Below are positions 25,340 through 32,409 of a stretch of DNA of 36,248 nt, piece by piece (position 1 is the stretch's first letter; every line of letters starts with the position of its first letter). The position numbers and the translations under genes were made by a program. This stretch comes from Candidatus Micrarchaeota archaeon (lineage in GTDB: Archaea > Micrarchaeota > Micrarchaeia > Norongarragalinales > SBBD01). The stretch lies in assembly GCA_038046605.1 (NCBI GenBank), contig JBBSVW010000013.1, positions 1 through 36,248 on the forward strand, written 5' to 3'. The notes beneath the pieces are model-generated. The model was not told the DNA's origin. It searched no databases and saw only the letters and a program-made list of their open reading frames with translations.

Positions 25340-26278
25340 ATGCTGGAATGGCTTTACCCCTTGGCATTTGTGCTCGGAGGGATGGTCCTGATTTTCAAGG
25401 CTGCTGAAAAAAGCACGGAGAATGCGCTTACCATCTCCCGGATGCTGGGCATCAGCGAACTTGCCATCGGATTCGTCCTGCTGTCCATATCCACATCGCT
25501 CCCGGAGCTTGTAATTTCCGTATCGGCAGCCCTTAGGGGAAGCTCGGATCTGTCAGTTGGGAATGTCTTTGGCGCGAACATCACGGATGTCACGCTCGTG
25601 CTTGGAGTGGCGGCAATCCTGGGAGTCGTTACGGTAAAGCGCCAGAACCTTAAGGAACTGGTGATGGTACTGCTTGCAACAAGCGTGATTTCCCTCCTTT
25701 TTGTGATTTACCAGCCGGGCAGGGTTACGGGAGCGATTCTTTTTGGGATATTCCTGGCATACACCTATTGGCTGCTTTCGAGCAAAAGCAGGTCCGGAAA
25801 AAGCCATTTAAGGCTAAGGTTCACAAGGAAAATGGCTGCGCCGTTGTTTGGGTTTAGCATCTTCATCACACTCGTGATCATATCCGCGCAGCTAGTGGTT
25901 GAGAATGCGATAAAGCTTAGCGGAATGCTGGGGCTTGCGGAAACTGTCATTGGCGCAACAATCATATCGGTAGGTACAACCCTGCCGGAGCTGTCGGTGA
26001 GCATCAGCGCCGCCAGGAGGAATCACGAAAAAATGGCCGTTGGTAACGCCGTCGGAAGCTCGATTATGAATTTGACGCTGGTTTTTGGGACGGCTCTTAT
26101 GATCAACCCGCAGATAACCTTTGAGCCGGCTGAAAAGCTAATTGTCATTTCGGTAATTGCGAACATGGTGCTGCTGTACCTGATAACAATCCGCGGGGGC
26201 CTTACGAAAAAGGACGGCGTGGGGCTTGCGCTTGGGTATTTGGCATTCCTTGCGATATTCGGCCTTGGCAACCTATAG
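25340..26278 (+). CDS. Ca2+/Na+ antiporter (CaCA, YrbG-like)
   Basis: Alpha repeats STSLPEL...GNVFGAN and GTTLPEL...GNAVGSS. Confidence 0.92.
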   Translation: MLEWLYPLAFVLGGMVLIFKAAEKSTENALTISRMLGISELAIGFVLLSISTSLPELVISVSAALRGSSDLSVGNVFGANITDVTLVLGVAAILGVVTVKRQNLKELVMVLLATSVISLLFVIYQPGRVTGAILFGIFLAYTYWLLSSKSRSGKSHLRLRFTRKMAAPLFGFSIFITLVIISAQLVVENAIKLSGMLGLAETVIGATIISVGTTLPELSVSISAARRNHEKMAVGNAVGSSIMNLTLVFGTALMINPQITFEPAEKLIVISVIANMVLLYLITIRGGLTKKDGVGLALGYLAFLAIFGLGNL

Positions 26279-26279
26279 A

Positions 26280-26465
26280 TCAGGCGCGCTCCCAGGCCTT
26301 GCGCCTTGGCATCTTGCCCCAGCAGTCCTTGCAAATGGTCAGCCTTACTGTTTTGCTTGCGGTTTTTGAGGCCTTCTGGCAGCTTTTGCAGATGTAGCGC
26401 AGGCAGCCCATGCACTTTTCAATGTAGTGGGCATCCTTGTTGCAGCGCTGGCATTTTGTAACCAA
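26280..26465 (-). CDS. Small zinc-finger protein (four CxxC)
   Basis: CQRC, CMGC, CKSC, CKDC; AGGTGA RBS before TTG start. Confidence 0.75.
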   Translation of the reverse strand: MVTKCQRCNKDAHYIEKCMGCLRYICKSCQKASKTASKTVRLTICKDCWGKMPRRKAWERA

Positions 26466-26559
26466 AGTAGTTTCACCTATTAGAAAGGAAGCAGATTATG
26501 CCGGGTAGCTTTTATAAGGGTTTTCCCAATAAGGTATTGCTATTTCGTGAGGGGATGAC

Positions 26560-27855
26560 ATGCCGGGTTTAGCTATTATTGGGGCGCAGTTCGGGGACGA
26601 GGGGAAGGGCAAAATTGTCGACTTCCTAGCTGAGGATGCGGATGCAATTGTCCGGTTCAACGGGGGCAACAATGCGGGGCATACCGTGAAGATTGGCGAA
26701 AAGGAATTCAAGCAGCATTTGCTCCCATCGGGCGTCTTCCATAGGGGAAAGGTCAATTTGATCGCATCAAATGTTGTGATCAACCCCAAAGTGATGATAT
26801 CCGAAATCGAAAGCCTTAGGAAAAATGGCGTTACACTCAACCCAAAAAACCTCCGTGTCGATCTCCGGGCACACCTCATCATGCCATGGCATATTTTGCA
26901 GGAAGGGGGGGGGAATTCAGCGAAAATTGGAACCACCCAGCGGGGGATTGGGCCGTGCTATGAGGATAAGGCAGCGCGCACGGGCATTAGGTTTGAGGAT
27001 TTGCTATCATCCGCTAGCCTCACGGATAAAATAAAGGCGCAGTATGAAAGGAAAGTTAAGGCGCTGACCGGCATGGGGATTAGGCTCCCGATGGATTTTA
27101 GTTTTGCTTCCGTCCTTTCAGAATATCTGGCGTATTCTAGAGTGCTGAAAGGATTTGCAGCGGACGTATCAATGGAACTTAACGAAATCAATGCGCAGAA
27201 AAAAAACATACTTTACGAGGGGGCGCAAGGGGTCTTTTTGGACAATAATTTTGGCACTTATCCGTATGTGACATCATCAAATTGCATTTCTGCAAGCGCG
27301 GCTGTTAGCTGCGGGGTTGCGCCATCATTCATTACAAAATCGGAAGGGGTTGTGAAAGCATACACCACAAGGGTTGGGAACGGAATTTTCCCAACGGAAA
27401 TTGAAGGTGAGTTGGGGGGGGAAATCAGGATGATGGGAAAGGAATTTGGGACAACAACCGGAAGGGCAAGAAGGATTGGATGGCTGGATTTGCCTATGCT
27501 TAGGACATCCATTATGCTGAATGGGTTTTCGGGTATGCACCTCACCAAAATGGATGTGCTTGGGGGGCTGAAGGAAATCAAGGTGGCAACGCATTACCAA
27601 TCAAAGGGGAAAACCTTGACGCATTTCCCGGCGGATACGAATTCCCGTAATAATCTGACACCGGTTTACAAAACGTTTAAAGGGTTTGAGGCGCAGAACT
27701 GGAAGAAGGTGGCAAATGCTGGAAAGAAGATTAAATTGAAGGCGCTGCCTAAAGAAGCTCTTGCATTCCTGAAATTTGTGGAAAAGGAGCTTGATGTGCC
27801 ATTTGTTTCGGTTTCGGTTGGTCCGGAGCGCAATGAAATCATTTTTCTGAGGTGA
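26560..27855 (+). CDS. purA: Adenylosuccinate synthetase
   Basis: GAQFGDEGKGK, GGNNAGHT, EGAQG, TYPYVTSS, EFGTTTGRARR. Confidence 0.98.
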   Translation: MPGLAIIGAQFGDEGKGKIVDFLAEDADAIVRFNGGNNAGHTVKIGEKEFKQHLLPSGVFHRGKVNLIASNVVINPKVMISEIESLRKNGVTLNPKNLRVDLRAHLIMPWHILQEGGGNSAKIGTTQRGIGPCYEDKAARTGIRFEDLLSSASLTDKIKAQYERKVKALTGMGIRLPMDFSFASVLSEYLAYSRVLKGFAADVSMELNEINAQKKNILYEGAQGVFLDNNFGTYPYVTSSNCISASAAVSCGVAPSFITKSEGVVKAYTTRVGNGIFPTEIEGELGGEIRMMGKEFGTTTGRARRIGWLDLPMLRTSIMLNGFSGMHLTKMDVLGGLKEIKVATHYQSKGKTLTHFPADTNSRNNLTPVYKTFKGFEAQNWKKVANAGKKIKLKALPKEALAFLKFVEKELDVPFVSVSVGPERNEIIFLR

Positions 27856-27863
27856 ATTTTTTT

Positions 27864-28592
27864 ATGAATCTTGGAGCGAAAATCGCAGAAGGCAAAACCA
27901 AAGTCATCTATCAGGATTTGGGAAGCGCGGATAATGCCGTGCTGTTCTTCAAGGATGATATTACCGCCGGGGATGGGGCAAAGCACGATATTTTGGCGGG
28001 GAAGGGGAAGTACGATTGGGAGACGACAAAAAACTGCTTTGAACTTTTGAAAAGGAACGGGATCCCAACGCATTACATTTCCGCGCCGGAGGATAATTAC
28101 ATGGTCGTTAGGAAGATGAAAATGATCCCGCTTGAGTGCGTGACAAGGCGGATTGCAACAGGGTCCATTTTGAGGAGGCTGCCATTCAAGGAAGGGACTA
28201 TTTTCAATCCGCTGCTTTTCGAGCTTTTTTTGAAGGATGATGTGCTGCATGACCCGTTCATAAATGATGATCATGCAATTGCCCTTAAGGTGGCAAACCA
28301 AAAGGAGATTGACGAGATCAGGAATACCACAAAGCGGATTTTTACGGTGCTGGAAAAAGCTTTTGCAAAGCAAGGCATCGCACTAGTTGATTTGAAATTG
28401 GAGTACGGAAGGGATGCTGCGGGCAAATTGATGGTCGCAGATGACATCACAAATAATGCCTGGCGCATCTGGCCGGAAGGGAAGAAGGAATTGATGCTTG
28501 ATAAGCAGCTTTACCGCGAAGGAAAGGTCGGGATGGAGGCGGTCTTGGAAGGGTTTAGGATTGCAAATGAGATTTCAAGAAAGTTTGTGTGA
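27864..28592 (+). CDS. purC: SAICAR synthetase
   Basis: EGKTK, KDDITAGDG, MIPLECVTRRIATGS, KDDVLHDP, LVDLKLEYG, DKQLYR; GAGGTGA RBS. Confidence 0.96.
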   Translation: MNLGAKIAEGKTKVIYQDLGSADNAVLFFKDDITAGDGAKHDILAGKGKYDWETTKNCFELLKRNGIPTHYISAPEDNYMVVRKMKMIPLECVTRRIATGSILRRLPFKEGTIFNPLLFELFLKDDVLHDPFINDDHAIALKVANQKEIDEIRNTTKRIFTVLEKAFAKQGIALVDLKLEYGRDAAGKLMVADDITNNAWRIWPEGKKELMLDKQLYREGKVGMEAVLEGFRIANEISRKFV

Positions 28593-28636
28593 GAATAGGA
28601 ACGGCTAAAAATTGTTAGATCGAGTAATGTAACCAT

Positions 28637-29212
28637 ATGGGAAAAATCAAGGATTGGCTTCTTAAGCAAACTAGAAGGGAAGGGCAAGAGTGGGCTTACA
28701 AGCAATATAGTGGGATATCTGGATTATACAAGGATATCATATGGAGCTTCTCGAATGCGCCTTTTCGCGTAGTATTGAAAATCCCACAAAACCACTTGAA
28801 TCGAAAGGCGGGGCTTTTGAGGGCGGTTTCGGAGGCAGGAAAGGATAGCCCCGGACTGATCAAAATGCCGCAAGTCCATCCGGATGCATTGGCTTTCCAC
28901 GATTTTGAAAAAAATATCATCCGGGCCAGCTCCATTGGGGGGGTGCACGAGCTTGTGGATAAGGGGGAGCGTCCAAATACTCCGGGAATTTGGCTGGCAT
29001 TTGGGAATAATCTTTCGATACATAGGAAATCCGCGTATAATGAAAGGAGCGTCCAGGCAACGCATTTGTTTCCACTAAAAGGAGGAGGCGCAATTTTGGT
29101 GCAGGAAAGGCAGCCTGGATATTTCAAACAAATGCAAGCAGCAAACCTTAATGAGGCGGCAAATCCTAAACCCAAAAAACGGGCAAGGCCTCGCCCTGAA
29201 AGGCCAAAGTAA
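28637..29212 (+). CDS. Hypothetical basic protein (191 aa)
   Basis: ORF with K/R/P-rich tail; no motif recognised. Confidence 0.65.
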   Translation: MGKIKDWLLKQTRREGQEWAYKQYSGISGLYKDIIWSFSNAPFRVVLKIPQNHLNRKAGLLRAVSEAGKDSPGLIKMPQVHPDALAFHDFEKNIIRASSIGGVHELVDKGERPNTPGIWLAFGNNLSIHRKSAYNERSVQATHLFPLKGGGAILVQERQPGYFKQMQAANLNEAANPKPKKRARPRPERPK

Positions 29213-29274
29213 GGGGGATGGGACAGTGGATTTGCGTTTATATTCGCCCTCTTCCTTGTTTTTTTGGTGTTTTG

Positions 29275-29592
29275 ATGCTTCCAGTAGGGAAATTCCTCGA
29301 GCCGAACTATGGAAAGTTGATTCCCTTCATCGGGCTTTTGATACTGATTTTTTACCTCGCATATCCGGACCTATCCGAGCAGTGCCATTACGCTGAGCAG
29401 GGGGAAAGGTGCAAAATCGGGACGCCATCTTGCGTGAATTCGGTTTATGATGCGCTATCGGTTTGCGAGAGGACCAAAGCGCTTTATTCGCTTGGATTTA
29501 CGGCACTTTCCTACATAATTTCCTGCTTATTCTTCCTTGGGTTCAAGGTTATTCGAAACGAGGCGTATTCGTATTATTATGAGCAGGGATGA
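29275..29592 (+). CDS. Small membrane protein
   Basis: KFLEPNYGKLI then TM helix, four-Cys loop, second TM helix SYIISCL. Confidence 0.65.
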   Translation: MLPVGKFLEPNYGKLIPFIGLLILIFYLAYPDLSEQCHYAEQGERCKIGTPSCVNSVYDALSVCERTKALYSLGFTALSYIISCLFFLGFKVIRNEAYSYYYEQG

Positions 29593-29692
29593 ACTGCACG
29601 GATTTGGAAAAATGAACGGGCGGATTTTGAAAATCAGATGGGCGAATGCGGATAAACGATTTGGCGTATTGAAAAAATTGAGGCGAATTAAG

Positions 29693-29965
29693 ATGAACTG
29701 GAAACTGTTCCTGAAGCCAACGCTTGGGAAGGTGCTGCTTTTGGCGCTTTTCCTATTGATCCCCCTGCCCTTTCCAAGGGAAACTACGGAACTGTTCAAT
29801 GCTAAGTACGCGCCTATCGTTTTGCTGCCCTTCCTGAAAACATCCACCATTTGGGCGTATGTGATTTTGGCGCTAATTGCGCTTTGCTTTTACATCCTGG
29901 CATGCCTCGTGAGCAATCTTTACCATAGGTTTGTGCTGGTGCCGCCGGTTAAAAGGAAAAAATAA
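29693..29965 (+). CDS. Small membrane protein, probable paralogue of 29275-29592
   Basis: MNWKLFLKPTLGKVL...FYILACL; GAGGCG RBS. Confidence 0.7.
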   Translation: MNWKLFLKPTLGKVLLLALFLLIPLPFPRETTELFNAKYAPIVLLPFLKTSTIWAYVILALIALCFYILACLVSNLYHRFVLVPPVKRKK

Positions 29966-30055
29966 GAGGAAAACTGAAGGGATTTGCGGCAATAATATTA
30001 AACTAGCGTTTACATATTTTCATTATGGCAATATCATGCTTGTTGGGTGATTTTG

Positions 30056-30517
30056 ATGAAGGAATTGGTTCCGATCATATTGGGATCGAAGAGCGACGAG
30101 GAGCATGCGAGGAAAATTGAGGCGCACCTGAAGGAATTTGGCGTTGAATCGCAAATAAAAGTGTGCAGCGCGCACAAGGCGCCAAAGGAATTGCTGGAGT
30201 TGATCCATAATTACGACAAAATTGGAAGGCCAATTGTTTACATCGCAGTCGCAGGCAGGAGCAACGCGCTTGGGGGAGTGATTGATGGGGCAAGTACAAA
30301 TCCGGTGATCAACAACCCACCCAATTTGGATAAATTTGGCGGAATGGATATACTTTCATCCCTTAGGATGCCATCTGGAATTGTGCCAGCTACTGTTTTG
30401 GAGCCGGAGAATGCGGCGCTTTTTGCAGTCAAGCTGTTTGCAATGAATAATCCGGAGTTGAGGAAGAAATTGGAGGAGCATAAGAAAAAATTGGCGAATG
30501 CGGCGGCGCCGAAATAA
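30056..30517 (+). CDS. purE: AIR carboxylase PurE (class II-like)
   Basis: IILGSKSD, SAHK, IAVAGRSNALGG, SSLRMPSG, PENAAL; GGGTGA RBS. Confidence 0.95.
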   Translation: MKELVPIILGSKSDEEHARKIEAHLKEFGVESQIKVCSAHKAPKELLELIHNYDKIGRPIVYIAVAGRSNALGGVIDGASTNPVINNPPNLDKFGGMDILSSLRMPSGIVPATVLEPENAALFAVKLFAMNNPELRKKLEEHKKKLANAAAPK

Positions 30518-30534
30518 AAAAATAGTATTTGCAA

Positions 30535-30641
30535 AAGGGGGGTTTGGGCATCCGACCAAACTATGCGTCAGAACCTACAAGGTTCTTAGCATGCCCAGAC
30601 ACTTTGGGTGTCTGGTGCAAGGGGGTCTCCCCCTTGGGTTG
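30535..30641 (-). repeat. Repeat family B, copy 2 (inverted relative to copy 1)
   Basis: 57-nt core 30563-30619 matches the reverse complement of 10210-10266 at 45/47 non-loop positions; GGGGG-TCT-CCCCC hairpin at 30621-30633. Confidence 0.92.
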
Positions 30642-30646
30642 GTCAT

Positions 30647-32116
30647 CTAATTTATCTCCTTCGAATCCCGCTTTTCTGATTTTGTGAGTTCGGATGCCGT
30701 TGCGCGCCACACACTGCCGTATTTTTCCTTCAATTGCTCTTCAATGTTGCGGTTGCGCTTGATTGCCTCCTTGACGAATCCCGGCTCGATGAACTGCGCA
30801 TTCTCGTGAACTGCAATGTCGCCGGCAAGGCGGATGGCGCCGCTCAAGTCGCGCAGGCGCAATGTGAGTGCATTGGCGGCATTATCATTCAGGTTGGCGC
30901 GCCTTCTGCCTTCCTCAATGATTTCGTTCGCAGCTTCGAGCGTGGCGTGGGGTATCTTGCCGTCTTTCCTGATTTCCTGCGCGATGAACTGCAGCATCTT
31001 GGCGCGGTTATCGGGAGTGTCGGGCATGTGCGTATCCAGCAGCACTTCATAACCGTTTCCGACGATGCGCGAGCGCAAGGGCGGCAGGATGTAATGCAAA
31101 TCGTTGATGTTGCTTGCGGCAATGAGGATGAAATCGCATGGGACATCGTCAACTCTTACGGATGCCCCGGTGCTTTGGGGGTTCCTTCCAACAATTGGGT
31201 ATTTCTTATCCTGAATTGCGGAGAACAGGAAACGCTGCAAATAGCTAAGGGTGCTTAATTCATCGATGAACAGCACTCCTTCGTGCGCCTCGTGGATGGC
31301 GCCGACCATCACCCTTTCGTAAGGGTGGGAGCCGATAAACCCCCCGGAAGGCGTTTGGCTCCTTCCGCCATAGGGCTCGTGGCGCACATCCCCAAGGAAT
31401 TCGGTTTCGGATGCGCCGGTGCCGATGATGAAATTCTTGCGCGTGAGGGGAAGGATGATTTTTCGGGGCTTTTGCTGCTTTAGCATGTCGATTTTTTCGA
31501 GCATGCGCTGATCAAGCACCTTGATTTTTTCCCCCAGGCGCTCATAAACAATGATCTCCTCCTTTCCGCCCTCGGTCATCTTGGTCGTATGCACCCTATC
31601 GGCTTTTTGCGCTGAAAAATAATCGGTAAGAAGATCGCCAAAGGGGGAGTACTCGCGCCTGAATTTTTCCGTGCCGCAATTGGGGCATGAGGCATCGCTA
31701 GCCTTGCTTAATCGGTTGCATTTTCGGCAGCGGAAGCCCAGTTTTTCGGCAACAAATGAGGGCACATCTCGCGGCTCGACCACCTTGCTTTGGAGCTCCT
31801 TTTCAAGCGTTTTTTCCTTTTGCAAATCAAGCGCGTTTTTGGTTTCAACAATTGGGCGCTCCGGATTTTCAGGGTTGTGGAGGATGGAAATTTCCTCCTT
31901 TGGCCTTGGGATGTGGTAGGCGATGCTTTGCGCAATCAGCGATTTGCCTATTCCGGGCGGGCCGACAAGTAGGAGATGGCGTTTTTGGCGCGCCGCAAGC
32001 TTGGAGATGCGAACGGCCTCGTCCTGCCCAATCACCTGTTCCAAGGGATCTTTTGGGATTGGTATCTGGGAGGTATTTTCCACGGAAAAGGGGGCATCAA
32101 GCAGTGCGGTTTTCAT
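30647..32116 (-). CDS. LonB-related AAA+ ATPase lacking the protease domain
   Basis: PLEQVIGQ, GPPGIGKS, GAIHEAHEGVLFIDE, LRSRI, LRLRDL; CRKC/CPNC insert; ends without a Lon protease domain. Confidence 0.88.
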   Translation of the reverse strand: MKTALLDAPFSVENTSQIPIPKDPLEQVIGQDEAVRISKLAARQKRHLLLVGPPGIGKSLIAQSIAYHIPRPKEEISILHNPENPERPIVETKNALDLQKEKTLEKELQSKVVEPRDVPSFVAEKLGFRCRKCNRLSKASDASCPNCGTEKFRREYSPFGDLLTDYFSAQKADRVHTTKMTEGGKEEIIVYERLGEKIKVLDQRMLEKIDMLKQQKPRKIILPLTRKNFIIGTGASETEFLGDVRHEPYGGRSQTPSGGFIGSHPYERVMVGAIHEAHEGVLFIDELSTLSYLQRFLFSAIQDKKYPIVGRNPQSTGASVRVDDVPCDFILIAASNINDLHYILPPLRSRIVGNGYEVLLDTHMPDTPDNRAKMLQFIAQEIRKDGKIPHATLEAANEIIEEGRRRANLNDNAANALTLRLRDLSGAIRLAGDIAVHENAQFIEPGFVKEAIKRNRNIEEQLKEKYGSVWRATASELTKSEKRDSKEIN

Positions 32117-32409
32117 TTGAATCCTACCTATTCCTGCCTTGGAATTAATAAAAGGTTGGTTTTAATCCGCAGTTTTGGGCAAATAAGGCGCCGGAATGCA
32201 AAATAAGCGGGTTCTTTTGCTGCGAGGGGGATTTTTTTGTTTTTGAAATATAGTCCTGGGGATGCGAACGGCTTAACTGGCAAAAAAAGGCATGCCTTTA
32301 GGAATGATAAAATATACTGCGGGGCATTTCTGTTTCCAAAAAAAATGCAAAATGGTGCGAATTTAAACCAAATTGCGCTACTTTATCCGTCTTCTTAAGG
32401 GGGAGCCGG

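Noticed and set aside
11368-31258. Long antisense/overlapping ORFs in the track (e.g. 11368-11997, 27666-28373, 30734-31258)
   Set aside because: They are shadows of well-supported genes on the opposite strand with no motifs of their own.
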